Part shown: one piece after another, positions 1 to 22,956 of the stretch
How positions within the stretch are numbered: position 1 is the stretch's first letter
Layout of the letters: every line of letters starts with the position of its first letter
NCBI RefSeq assembly: GCF_009914755.1
Contig: NC_060929.1
Reading direction: 5' to 3' (one strand)
Origin: the human T2T-CHM13v2.0 reference genome, Homo sapiens
Length of the DNA: 64,000 nucleotides
Position numbers and translations under genes: made by a program
Notes under the pieces: generated by a model
What the model saw: only the letters and a program-made list of their open reading frames with translations
What the model was told of the DNA's origin: nothing
The model's database searches: none

Positions 1-94
1 ATTCAGTTATCTGCACCCGGCCCCACCCTTGACACGTGGGAATTATTACAATGCAAGGTGAGATTTGGGTGGGGACCCATCCAAACTATGTCAG
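1..94 (-). mobile_element. MaLR LTR end (MST/THE1-like), cut by window start
   Basis: gagatttgggtggggac...ccaaactatgtca is the reverse complement of a MST/THE1 LTR start. Confidence 0.65.
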
Positions 95-369
95 TATGTT
101 TTGACTTCTTGCTTGATTGCTAGGTTGCATAGAGGACAAACATGGAAATTAATGAAGTACCTTAATATCTGGCTTCAGATCTTAGACAGGATCAGAGGGC
201 CAGCTCAAATTTGCAAGGAGGGGAGGTAGATCCCACCATTTTATGGGTGAATGGCAAAATCAAACAGAAATTATGTGGGATGGGAGATACTGATGCAGCC
301 ATCTTTGGAAACATTCTACTTAGCTAATTTTATGCTAGGCTTTAGGTCAAGAAGGAGAGAGAGAGCTGA

Positions 370-553
370 CATGCTGTGGTACACACTTATAGTCCCAGCG
401 ACTTGGAAAGCTGAGGCAGGAGGATTGCTTGATCCCAGGAGTTTGAGGTAGTGTGCGATGATCGTTCTTGTGAATAGCCACTAGCCACTGAACTCCAGCT
501 TGGGCAACATTGAGACACCCTGTCTCTTAATTTAAAAAAAAAAAAAAAAAAAA
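370..553 (+). mobile_element. Old Alu monomer (FRAM/AluJ-like)
   Basis: gtcccagc...gctgaggcaggaggattgcttga...actccagcttgggcaaca followed by poly(A). Confidence 0.8.
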
Positions 554-1216
554 GGAAAGAAAGTGGTCTCAGTTTTTAATGTAAGTATTTTTAATGGGAT
601 AATGATATTTTAAGATTAATGTATATTGTATATCAGTTAACTGTAGGTCAATAATTATATAAAACTTAAGGTATGAAAAACATTTATTTTTGCTAACATA
701 TCTGTGAGTTGACTGTTCTTGGCTTGGTGAGGCTGCAAGCTGCAGATAGAGTCTAGGTATGTTTTCTGTGTGTTTGTTCCCCCTTGGATCAGTGGACTAC
801 CTGAGAATGTGTTTTTGTCACAGTGATAGAATCACAAGGAAACTCCAGTTCTGGAAGTACATTTTAAGCCATTGCTTCTCTCATGTCCACTAACATTCAG
901 TCAGCCAAAGCACATACCTTGTCCATGGCTAACATTGATAGTATAGATAAATATACCTGATCTCTAGCAGGAGGAACTGCATTGTCTTGGGGAAAGGTTT
1001 TAGATATAGGGAGGGGTGATGAGTTGGGAACAATAATGTAGTCTGCCACAAACATATTAAAGTGTAACTGGATATGGTTGCTGCAGAATTTTGAACCTTT
1101 GTTTTAATTGTGATTTTTACTCTTTTCCCCCTATCTAGTGCCCTTTTGTAATACAGTAATTATCATGATTTTTGTCTGAACTGAAATCTTCTGAGATTAG
1201 ATTGTCTACGAAAATA

Positions 1217-2131
<915 letters not shown>

Positions 2132-2313
2132 TAATCTTTTTAGGTGCTGTAGATGAGCCATTGGATTAAATTATTACAGTATGTTTCAGACTGCTGTATG
2201 TTGAACCCTAGTGAAATGCCTCTCAAACCTTCATAAGGATCACAATCTCATGTCCTTTTTTTTTTGTTATTAAATGCCCAGTATGTGTTAGCGATTTAAA
2301 CAAAATTCAAATA

Positions 2314-2612
2314 TTTTTTTTTTTTTTTGAGACAGAGTCTCGCTCTGTCACCTAAGCTGGAGAGTGCAGTGGTATGATCTCGGCTCACTACAACCTCTGC
2401 CTCCCGGGTTCAGGCGATTCTCCTGCCTCAGCATCCTGAGTAGCTGGGATTACAGGCACCCGCCACCACGCTGGGCTAATTTTTGTATTTTTAGTAGAGA
2501 CGGGGTTTCGCCAGGTTGTCCAGGCTGGTCTGGAACTCCTGACCTCATGCGATCTGCCTGCCTTGGCCTCCTGAAGTGCTGGGATTATAGGCGTGAGCCA
2601 CCGTGCCCGGCG
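2314..2612 (-). mobile_element. AluS
   Basis: Poly(T) followed by antisense Alu dimer. Confidence 0.9.
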
Positions 2613-2933
2613 TTGACTTCTTAATAATAACCATACTGACTGGTGTGAGATGGTATGCCATTGTGGTTTTGATTTGCATTTCTCTAATGATCAGTGATAT
2701 TGAGCTTTTTCTCATATGCTTGTTGGCCGCATGTGTGTCTTCTTTTGAAGTGTCTGTTTATGTCCTGTGCCCACTTTCTAATGAGATTTTTTTTTTTCTT
2801 GTAAATTTGTTTAAGTTCCTTATCAGTGTTGGACATTAGATCTTTGTCACATGCATTGTTGCAAAAATTTTCTCCCATTCTGTAGGTTGTCTGTTCACTC
2901 TGTTGATAGTTTCTTTTGCTGTGCAGAAGCTTC
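2613..2933 (-). mobile_element. L1 ORF2 3-prime fragment
   Basis: cattgtggttttgatttgcatttctctaatgatcagtgat; the minus ORF 2684..2935 resembles the L1 ORF2 C-terminal region. Confidence 0.85.
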
Positions 2934-3452
2934 AAGAAGAAAGGAATCCGATTGGTTCTGTGTCTGTCTCTTTTGGTATTCTCAGAATTATGTAGTCATT
3001 CATATAGAAAGATGATTAGGAAAATAGGACAAGAATAGCAGAAATCTACATAAAAATGTAGGAAATTAAAATTAGTTACCAGCATACAAAAAACTTCTGT
3101 ATGTTATAATTACATACTATAACTCACCCCTCCTTGGCAAATATTCTCTCTCTTTTGACTTCAAAATCATGGCTTATATGTACTTTCTCTATTTCCCAGA
3201 TGCAAATATAATTAATTGACTTTATTTATCTAGGAAATGTTACTCATATCTTAATTGTAGTCATTGGCTTGAGTGACGGGTTTTGGTAATTCAACTACTA
3301 TTACTTGAAAGTAGTAGATTTCATAGGATACTGTTATAAAATCTTTTTAACCTCTTTTCTGATTTCAGGAGTAATTAGTAATTGTGGTTTACTGGAAAAT
3401 TCAATGAATAGGGTGTTAAAGGAAGCAATTCATTAATAATATATGTAATCTA

Positions 3453-3693
3453 TTGGGAGACTGAGGCGGGTGGATCACCTGAGTTCAGGAGTTCGAGACC
3501 AGCCTGGCCAACATGGCAAAACTCCGTCTCTACTGAAAATAGAAAAATTCGCCGGGCATGGTGGTGCATTCCTGTATTCCCAGGTACTCGGAAGGCTGAG
3601 GCAGGAGAATCACCTGAACTCCAGAGGTGGAGGTTGCAGCGAGTCAGGATCGCAGCACTACACTCCAGCCTGGGTGACAGTGAGACTCCATCT

Positions 3694-3739
<46 letters not shown>

Positions 3740-4077
3740 AAAAAATTAAATTAAAAGCGGGCTGGGCGCATTGGTTCAGGGCCGGGCACGGTGGCTCAAG
3801 CCTGTAATCCCAGCACTTTGGGAGGCCGAGGCAGGCGGATCACGAGGTCAGGAGATCAAGACCATCCTGGCTAATGTGGTGAAACCCCGTCTCTACTAAC
3901 AATACAAAAATTAGCTGGATGTGGTGGCAGGTGCCTGTAATCCCAGCTATTCCAGAGGCTGAGGCAGGAGAATCACTTGAACCTGGGAGGCAGAGGTTTC
4001 AGTGAGTCCAGATCATGCCACTGCACTCCAGCCTGGGTGACAGAGCGAGATTCTATCTCAAAGAAAAAAAAAAAAAG
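3453..4077 (+). mobile_element. Two tandem Alus (first 5-prime truncated) at the left edge of the GUSB block
   Basis: Alu bodies at 3453-3737 (long A tail) and 3779-4077, with a short Alu start at ~3759. Confidence 0.9.
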
Positions 4078-4185
4078 CAACAGAAGCAAATGAGAGTGCC
4101 TGGGAGTGGTCATTGTGGGGCCTTCCCGTTTGTGTGACCCAGGTCATGTCCCTCCCTAAGCCCTGGTCTCTCTTGCCTCCTGCAG

Positions 4186-4373
4186 GGCTGGTGAATTACC
4201 AGATCTCCGTCAAGTGCAGTAACCAGTTCAAGTTGGAAGTGTGTCTTTTGAATGCAGAAAACAAAGTCGTGGACAACCAGGCTGGGACCCAGGGCCAGCT
4301 GAAGGTGCTGGGTGCCAACCTCTGGTGGCCGTACCTGATGCACGAACACCCCGCCTCCCTGTACTCGTGGGAG
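4186..4373 (+). pseudogene. GUSBP: GUSB-like exon 5 (188 nt)
   Basis: cctgcAG|GGCTGGTG...TGGGAG|GTaatg; encodes [62 protein letters not shown], versus [32 protein letters not shown]... Confidence 0.95.
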
Positions 4374-4519
4374 GTAATGGTGGTTTGGGACTTGCGTAAG
4401 GGAGGTCTTTTGCCCCCATCTGGTAGCCCTGGCTTCAGCAGGAGCCCAGGACAGGTGAACGGGCAGGTGTGGTCCTCTGAGCTTTCTGATGTTTCCCACC
4501 CTTGGTGGGAGGCCCAGAT

Positions 4520-5150
<631 letters not shown>

Positions 5151-5344
5151 TCAAGGAGAAGGCCTGATTTTGAAGGGCAGGTCCCAGGGTCAGCCAGTGA
5201 AGGGCAGAGCCTCTGATTGCTGCTTCTCTGCAGGCCCAGTGGCGACTTCTGGGGTGCATGCACGAGGGGTCTTCCTGCTGTAGGGCAGGCCAGATGGGGC
5301 TCAGGCTGTCGGGGCGCTCACACCTGGCGCTTTGGCTGTCGTAG

Positions 5345-5436
5345 GTGCGGCTGACTGCACAGAAGTCACTGGGGCCTTTGACTTCTACACACTCCCTGTG
5401 GGGCTCCGCACTGTGCCCGTCACCGAGAGCCAGTGG
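5345..5436 (+). pseudogene. GUSBP: Truncated GUSB-like exon 6 with 4-nt deletion
   Basis: gtAG|GTGCGGCTGACT; reads VRLTAQKSLGP, then in a shifted frame DFYTLPVGLRTVPVTESQ. Homology stops at ~5434, before FLINGKPFYF. Confidence 0.88.
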
Positions 5437-5856
5437 GTGAGAGCCAGTTTCATTTGCGGTAGAGGCAGCAGAGGTTGTAGAAATGCTCCTTGAGGCAGAT
5501 GCCACACCCCAATTTCATGGAGTGATTTGGGCTGAGCCGAGTCTGCAGCAGGCAGAAGGCTCTGAGATGTTGTCCTAGCCTGGGCAAAGGACAATTCAGA
5601 GCTCGGGGGAATAGGGGTGTGCTCAGCACGACTGGGTGGACAGGCCGTTTGTTGTGAATCGTACAGGCTTCCAGGAGCGGGTGCCTGAGGCTTCCAGACA
5701 GGCTTTGGGAGGTGGCCAGAGGAGATGCCTGTTTCCGGGGCAGGAAATGGAGGGAGGGCCCAGGCTGGAGAGGTTCAGCCAGGCTGTCACAAGGCTTTGA
5801 AGCTTCCCATCTGAGAGCCTGGCTATTGGAGAGTGTGGGTTTGGAACTTGAGGCTA

Positions 5857-6290
<434 letters not shown>

Positions 6291-6396
6291 ACAACAGTCT
6301 GTTCTGTGGAGGCCTTGGGCAGATGCTGGGAGCTCTGAGCACGGACTGGTCCCTCTGTTGGGAGCCTCTTCCCTTCATCCCTCCTGGTTAACTTGA

Positions 6397-7112
<716 letters not shown>

Positions 7113-7450
7113 ACTTGCACCGTTTTTCTGTGCATGCATCTCCACTCCCACTGCCCAGGACCTGTGGACTTAGATTTGAGTCATTACTGAGCACCTAGCA
7201 CCCAGCCTCATGCCTACCTCCCACCTCGCACTACCTGTTTGCTTGATGTATTAATAAATATTCCACCTGAATCCACAGCCCATTCACTCCTGTGTTCAAG
7301 AGCTATTTCAGGAAGTGAACCTCATTTCTGGCAGTGTTCAGTCCAGTGACCTCAGCTCTGTGTACCCGGCAGGGTGGCTACGCCTCTGGGGGAGTTGGAT
7401 TCAGGGGTGGGGGAGAAAGAGTGTTGTTAGAGAGCTCGGTCTAGGACTAG

Positions 7451-7865
<415 letters not shown>

Positions 7866-7968
7866 CCCAGTTGTGTTCTGGCAGGGGAAGATGGGACAGA
7901 GAGGATGGGAGGGTGTCTGAGCCTTTCCCGGACTGACGGAACCTGTGTCTTCTCTCTTTTGTGGACAG

Positions 7969-8053
7969 GATGGTGATTGCTCACACCAAAGCCTTGGACC
8001 CCTCCCAGCCTGTGACCTTTGTGACCAACTCCACCTACGCAGCAGACAAGGGG
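7969..8053 (+). pseudogene. GUSBP: GUSB-like exon 9 (85 nt)
   Basis: ggacAG|GATGGTG...AAGGGG|GTgagc; encodes [28 protein letters not shown]. Confidence 0.95.
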
Positions 8054-8157
8054 GTGAGCCTGGGGGTCCCCACCCCATTTCTCCCTGCCTTTGCCTGGGC
8101 TTGTCCTGAAGCCTGCTCATGGGAACAGCTGGAAAGAACCATGTGCTGCCAGTCTGA

Positions 8158-9833
<1,676 letters not shown>

Positions 9834-9892
9834 TGAGTACTGAGTCATGCGGTCTTGTGGTTGCTGAACGGGCTCTGCTGCTCTGGTCCTAG

Positions 9893-10067
9893 GCTCTGTA
9901 TGTGGATGTGATCCGTGTGAACAGCTACTACTCTTGGTATCGCAACTACGGGCACCTGGAGTTGATTCAGCTGCAGCTGGCCGCCCAGCTTGAGAATTGG
10001 TGTAAGACATCACAATCCCATTATTCAGAGCGCGTATGGAGTGGAAACGCTTGTAAGGCTTCACCAG
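9893..10067 (+). pseudogene. GUSBP: GUSB-like exon 10 (175 nt; 2-nt deletion; catalytic Glu codon changed to Ala)
   Basis: cctAG|GCTCTG...CACCAG|GTaagc; [38 protein letters not shown], frameshift, then [20 protein letters not shown]. Confidence 0.95.
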
Positions 10068-10339
10068 GTAAGCGGTGTTGAACTTTCTGCTTGTGTATTC
10101 TCTCTGGGCAGAGATGCCACTTGCCTCCCCCACCCTGCCCTGCGCCCACTGCAGTGCTCCCCTTGCTTCAGCTTTGGGCTCACCTCCCGCTACCCTGTCC
10201 ACGTTCCCTTCTCACCAGCAGCCAGGCCTCTGCCCCACTCGCTTGGTCCTCAAAGGTGGACTCCTTACTGGCCTTGTTTCCAGACAGCCTCCTATCACCC
10301 GTGCCCAAGTGGTCTTTCTAAGAAATCCAAATTTTTATG

Positions 10340-13882
<3,543 letters not shown>

Positions 13883-13984
13883 CTAAAGACATATTTTTCC
13901 TTCTAGTGTAGTTCAGCCTTAAGACTGTATCAGCAGACAGAGACGGAAAAGTAAGAAAAATTGAGTATCAGTTTATATTTATAA

Positions 13985-14791
<807 letters not shown>

Positions 14792-15144
14792 TAATCCATG
14801 TAGGTTGTGTTGAGAATTTCCTAGGAAAAGTAAGTTGTGCTTAGGAAGTAGGAAAGCAGTCAGGCCCCCGCTTCCCACGTACGGTCAAAAAGCAAACATG
14901 AGAGTCTGCTATAGTGAGATGGAAATGGCTAGCTTGCCTTTTTCTTGTCTATTTCATAGCCAAGGATGAAGGAAAAACTGGACCTCATTATGGATTTACT
15001 TTTGGGATACACTCATTATTCCAGAGGAGGGTAAAAGGCTGAGAAGCTTAAGGTATTTCAGTCTGTTTTATGTTACTCATTTGCGAAAAGCAGGCTCATC
15101 GAATACAGGTGAGTTTCAACGCGTCTTGAATATGGCAGCATTTA

Positions 15145-15757
<613 letters not shown>

Positions 15758-16156
15758 AAAGGGTCTTCAAAGACAATAAGATCTGTGCTCTCACGTAGGG
15801 TGGATGAGGGGCTGCCAAGTTAGCAATGAATGTTTCCCATTTCTTCTTAGTTTATGGACTTTCCATAAACTCAGGATGGCAGTTTGGTTGGTTGGAGAAG
15901 GATATGGTGATGGCGGGAGTTACAATACATTACTTATAGGGGAAGATAGGCTTTTGAAAGGTTAAAGCTTAAAAGTGAGAATGGAAAAGGGATGAATGAA
16001 TGAACATGATGAGGTGAGAGGGAAGAGGTAAAGGGAAAAGGAGAACAAGCAACTCTTCTCTGCGTGGCACCTGGGATGAATGGTTTCTGGGGACATCCCT
16101 GATGGCAGTTTTGTGGAGAGGTGCAAAGCTTTATGTGTTAAGAAATGAGCTGTAGG

Positions 16157-16605
<449 letters not shown>

Positions 16606-17159
16606 CTAAGAGCCACCAAACATTTCCCATGTAGACTATTTTGACCATGCTGACTCTACTGACACTGTGGTTACTGAATTCACTTTATCTCTAGAAATTA
16701 ATTCTTACTAATGGATGTCTGTCACTGTAAGATCCTTCTCTCCTCTGAAATAAGGAGAACATTTTAACTTCAGTAGTTTAAACTAGTGTCCTAAACTATA
16801 GCATTCAAAATGAGATAATATGCTAAAGTAATACACAAACCAAAAATCCCAGTGGCTAACACAAAAAGTTTTTCTTATTCATTTTACATATCCAGGGTAA
16901 GTCAGTAATAGACGCAGACACACCCAGAGACCAAGGATGAGTTGTGATCTGTCTGCACACATAGTTCACAATGCCTGAGTGAGTTGTGCTTTGGCCTTTA
17001 AACTTCCACTCATGTTTAATTAATAAAGATTTTGCTCAAATGCCATTTGATGATGAGTTTCATGACGATGATCAACTTTAAAAGAACTTGGAAGTACAAT
17101 CCTCAAGCGTTTCTGGAAATAGCAGAACTACAATATTTGAGAAAAATATTTTTTAATGT

Positions 17160-17410
17160 ATAAAAAATTGGCAGGGTAGGCTAGCAAGCAAGAGACCTAG
17201 AGAAAAGTTGATGTTACAGTCTCAAGTCGAAAGGCAATCTGCAGGCAGAATTATTTCCTTGAGGGATCTCAGTCTTTTAATATAATCAATTGACTGGATG
17301 AGCCCTACAATATTTTGGAAAATAATCTGCTTTTCTCAGAAATTACTGATTTTCATGTTAATCTCATCTAACAATACTTTCAGAGCAACATCTATACTGG
17401 TATTTGAATA
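17160..17410 (-). mobile_element. MLT2 (ERVL) LTR fragment
   Basis: ctggatgagccc...ataatctgcttttctcagaa...atgttaatctcatctaa motifs. Confidence 0.6.
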
Positions 17411-20400
17411 TATAACTCTTTTATCTTTTAAAATATCAAATAATACAGTTATATATACATACACACATATGTATATATGTCACCTAAATTGTAGATATCA
17501 GAAATCAGAATGCTGTGATATGAATATTTAGTATATTTTAATCATGATAAATTATACATCCTTCTACCTTATGATAATGGATTTTAAGATCTATGCTGTT
17601 AAACTCTATATTTATCCTTTAATTCATATCTTGCTTATTTTACATTTATCTGAGAATACATTGGGTCTACTAAATCTTTACTATCATTCACAAGTCTTAC
17701 ATCTTAAGATAACTTTTCAATAAAATAAAAATTCTTCATTGCACCTAGAAAGGAGCAGGGTTTTGAAAGCGATCAATGATTACTCTGATACCTAATATAA
17801 TAATATAATATAGTAAAAATCAAAATACTTGAATGAAAAATGTAAAATTAATAGTTTTGCTTTCATTGTTTTTATTCCAGTGTCTATTTTAGAATGTTTT
17901 TACTCTAATTGTGTTTTTATGCAAAACCAAATGAGCTTTAGATAATTCCATTGATACATTACATATGAAAGTTCTCGTTAAATAGGATATAGCATATTTT
18001 ACTTAAAAATCCAAATTATAAAATAAAGAGGGATTTTAAGTTGAGTCTAAAATTTTTGTTTCAATTTTGTTTTTATTTAAAGACTTGCTATAATTCTGTG
18101 AGAGAGCTATAAAAGTCTGCTCAGAAACATTATAATGTAAAATGGACAGAGAAGGACAATGAGATATTTAATTTGCCACGGCAAAGCCATTGCTGTGAAG
18201 AATGGATAATATATGTCAATGGTAATATATGAAGAAATAACACAGGTGAATAGCAGAGGCAATAAATCTGTTTTTACCACAGGACTTGTCTTACACTTTT
18301 CTCTTAGTAATAAATAAAATAATTTTCGACCAGATGGAGCTGGCTTGAAATCCTCTTGTTTATGGCAGTACATATCGGTTATGATTCAAAAAATATAGCC
18401 CATTTCCAAAAACCTGCAACAAAGAGATACTTTCTCAGGTGAGTGTTCAGATCATTATTCATTACAAAGTGTCAGTTTTGTCTTTATTGATCCTCATTAT
18501 TGTAAGAAAGTATGTGGTCCTGTCTCCATTCTATTAAAACAACATTGTAGAGATTAGCACTGAGTCTTTCCAGCCATGTGCATCTGTTCATTTCCGTCTC
18601 CAGCTTGAGTTTTTCTGTGTATTACAAAATAAGAAAACAAAAATGACACAATAATCTATTTTGTCTGGTTTTGCTCTTTATTAGTAGAAATAGACAAGTG
18701 AGGAGTTGGAGGAAGAAATTGCTTCTGATCTGTTTTAGATACAGGTGAAACTCTCCCTCCCTCCCCGCCCTACCCAGTCTTTCTCTGTCTCCCTCCCTGA
18801 GCCTATTCTTGCTTCTTCCCTTTACAAATAATTAACTGCTCAGGTCATGTTGAACCAAAAAATAGCGTCTGTAGCCCCTGTGTGCTTACTTTAAGTATAT
18901 GTTACTGAAAAATGCGGAGTGAGCACTTAACAACTCATTCTCCTGGGAAGCACAGTGCTACTATACCCCAAATGCTTTTCTTTATCATTTTAATTTTTAT
19001 CTTCTTTACTTACATTTCCAACATCAGTTAAGAGGGTCTTGTAGTTTTCTAACTGAAAGGAGACTGTAAAATCTCCTTGCTCAAAACTCAGATGCAGAAT
19101 ATTATTTTTACTACAATAAATACATCTACAACAATGGTATTATATCTGGTTTATTTCAAAGTCAAGTTCTAATACAGGTAAACAAATATACTAATAAAGA
19201 GATAATGCTTTTCTCATGAAATGTATAATCTAGTAGGAATAAAGATAAACAATTTTTTTAAAAATTCTATTTCATTAAGCAAAAATGCAACTCAGAAGAA
19301 TAATGTATATTAGCAGTCATTTACTATTTTTCAATTAAATTCCGATATATATGTAAAGTAAATTATTACTAATATCAAACATAGTTTAAAGAATTAGTGA
19401 CTATGTGCACTTGGATCTCCATATGTAATGTACTATCAGCATCTTCACAAACACAGTAAATTTTAATATGCAAGTAAAACTTATTTTACTAAACGATGAT
19501 TACTCCTTCTATATTCATATTCCTAAACACATACAGTTTCTTAATGTAATTAAGTTTTTAACTAAAAAAAGGGAAATGCATTATTGAGGCGATAGGATTA
19601 CTGGGTGGCTATAAACACATCTGCTGCACAGCTGACATTTATCTTCTACAATGAGCAGTGACAATTTTATTTTTTAATAATCAGTATGGACTAATCCTGA
19701 TGATTTTTTTTAACATTTTCAAATAGGGCTGCATATGGCTTAAAATTAATATATACATGTGTACCTATATAATATTCTTATTTATTAATGGACTTCCTAC
19801 ATAGCTCATATTGACGTTAGATTTAAATGAAATTCCAGAAGGGTTTTCTATAGGTAAGTCATACATTGGATTTCCATATTACCTATGATTATTGAAGTAT
19901 TTATTTCTGTTTTTAAGACTTCAGAGCAATTTTGCTGGTCATTTGTTTTCTGTGTTTTTATTTTGAAATTGTTCTTTGAGGCATTGTCCTATTACATTTT
20001 TAAGGTATGTTAATAAAATAATATTTTTAATGAAATTTTGCCTACTGCTTTCCAGGTGAACTCTTGTTTAAAGTATTAATTCACCAAAAATTACTTATAT
20101 TCAGAAAATGAACTAAAAAAAATAATATGACGTGTTCAAGAAAGTCGAACAAAAGTTACGTGATGTTTGCAACATACACAACTCCATACCCTTCTCAAAT
20201 AGTAAAGAGAATAGTAAATAGAATAGGTAGTAAGCAGAGTAGGAATTGTGGAATATGGAACTCTCAGTCACTCAACTGACTTTATTTTTTAGTAATACGG
20301 GATTTGAATTATTCAAGCTGAAGCCATTAAATATTCATAGTGCTTCGTATTATAAAGTTATTGATTAATGTCTTTGGTAAAGAACACTATTATTTCTGAT

Positions 20401-21589
20401 TACATCAAGGTCATCCCGAGGAACAGGACCAAAGCATAAAGTTTTATATATGAAATATGAGAAGTTAATACATAATTCATATTTAACAGATAACATAAAT
20501 GTTAACCCCTTGGCGAATCTGAAGCTAATACCCATGTTCTTCTGGCAATTCTTTATACTGGCAATTTGGAAAATGCCAGTGTTTTATCGCTACCTATTCT
20601 TGTATTATGACATGAATTAATACATATCTGCCTCACTATTCCTGTGGGCAAAAAAAGACTGTGAATTATGTGCCAGAGAGAGATTTTACAAAATTAAATG
20701 AGGCAAAGTACTTTTCCTCTGTATACTCATTAGAAATATGCTGAGTAGTTCCTTTCAGTTCCTTTCACTTTCCGATAAAATATAATCAGTTCAGCCATAT
20801 AACAGATATCTTTTAAACTTTTAATGTCCTCTGTTAGAATGAATATGATATTTGGGACCAATTCACATTTTGGAATAATGTACATACTAAGCATAAGTGA
20901 AGAATTTAAACATTAACTTGATTTAGGACTGGACTCTTAAGAGGTTTTAAAAAGTTGAAAAACGGAATTCCAACAAATTTAAATGGCTTGTTTAGGGTTT
21001 CCACAGGCAATACGGGTGGGTGCAATGGAAAGAGAATTCCTTTAATCTAAACGTGGGCTTTATTCTGGCTCTGCCACATATTGACTGTTTCATACAAATG
21101 TAACTTAAACTGCAGGTGTCATGATTTTTCACACATATACAAATAAAACAATGTTGATTATATAGGATTTGTTGAGAAAATGCAATTATGCCAAGTACAA
21201 GTATTTGGCCTATTATCTCACTTTATAAATATTAGCAATTCTTTTTGTGGAGGGAATAAATCTAACATGCTGGCTTTTAGAATTTCTTCTTATTTTTCTT
21301 TCAACTTTATTGCCATGTAACATCTTTAAGTCAATAAATCTGACAATTAGACTGTGGGTAATTTTCTTCCAAATCCATATCTTGTTTTCTCTATCCATAG
21401 TAGCATTTTAAAACAACAGAAGGGAACTTTAATTACAGTAGGTTGGGAGCCATTTTCTCCCTTTGGTCATATTTTCATTGAAATTCCTACATTGTTTAAT
21501 ATTAGGACTTAGTTTGAATATCACATCAACAAGGTTGCTCAATAGAAATATTATGGAATCATTTTTCTGTCATGCCACAGAACTTATTA

Positions 21590-22560
21590 ACTGTATGTTC
21601 AAAATGCAGCTCAATTCTGATCATTTTTGCTACTTTCACCACTAGCATCCTGGTGCTAACCACCATCATTTATTGCCCAGGTTATTGAAATGGCCAGCAA
21701 ACAGGTGTTTCTGATTCTGCGTAAGGCACCCTTCAGTACATCCTCAAAAGAGCAATTTGTATAATCACTTTAAAACATGTATCAGGTTATTACCTTCTTC
21801 TGTGTAAAACTCTGATCTCTCGTTTCATTCATTGTAAAAGTCAGAATCTTGCACAATGCTTTATAGATGCTCCACCACATGAAGCCCCCAATTCTTCTAT
21901 GGACTTCCCTCCTTCCACTATGTAATTTTCTCACTCAGCTTCACGTACAGTATTTTCTTGGTTATTACTAAACATGCAACAGATACGGTTTGTTCTATAT
22001 CTTCCTCATGCTTTTGGTCAGATGCCATTATCCCAGTGAGGTTTTCCATAGCCACTTTATTCAAATTCCAAACAATCTGTCCCCTTAGACATTCTCCATT
22101 CTTAATTTTTTGCCATTGTACTTACTACAGTCTAACACACTATACATGTTACATTTTTGCTTATTGTTTATTGTATAGTCCCTAGAATATTAGTTCCCTG
22201 AGGACAGAGATTTCTGTAAGCTTTTCCAAAGATGTATCCCCAAAGCCTAGAATGCTACCTGGCAACAAATACTTGTTATAATGAATTAGAAGTGGGTAGA
22301 TTCACACATCAGAGACAGCGTAGTGTATATAATGATTTTTTAAAGCATTAGAGTCATAGATATTAGGATTTGTATTATGTCTTCACCATTTACAATTATG
22401 CTACCCTCAACAAGTTGTTTAATCTTTCCATTCCTCAGTTTCCTCATGACTCATATATTGGAAATATTGTCTACCTTAGAGCTCTTCCAAGAGTAATATT
22501 GAGACAATGTTTCAACAATGTTTAGCACATTGCTGAATATTAATACATTATTTCTATTAA
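21590..22560. mobile_element. L2 remnant followed by MIR
   Basis: agttccctgaggacagagatt...agcctagaatgctacctggca (L2 end); tttaatctttccattcctcagtttcctcat (MIR core). Confidence 0.55.
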
Positions 22561-22956
22561 TGTAAGAAATTTCATAGACTTGCTAGAAATAACGAGGATG
22601 GAATATAGATGAAGATCATAAAACATGATGGAAATAAATGTTGGAAAATGTGGGTGGTATCCTTAGCACACTCTCTAACGTAAGGAGTAAAATCTGTGTC
22701 ATATGACTTTATCTTTCTTCTGGAAACTAACGGAATTTAGTAACACACTTTTCTTGACCTGAGGATTTGCCCTTACCACAAAATTGTTTTTGAAACTTGA
22801 GTGTTTACAATGGCTTTTTACCAGTTCTTTTATGTTCTACCAGTTCCTCTCCAATTTACTATGGACTGAAGTCAGACTAATTTGTTAAGAGCAAACAAAA
22901 CAAAACAAAACAAAACAGTTATTACCTCATTCTAGCCTCAAAGCATCTGCCTTTTC

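Noticed and set aside
2613-2933. Similarity to 61500-61840 suggesting an internal duplication
   Set aside because: Both are independent copies of the same L1 ORF2 region.
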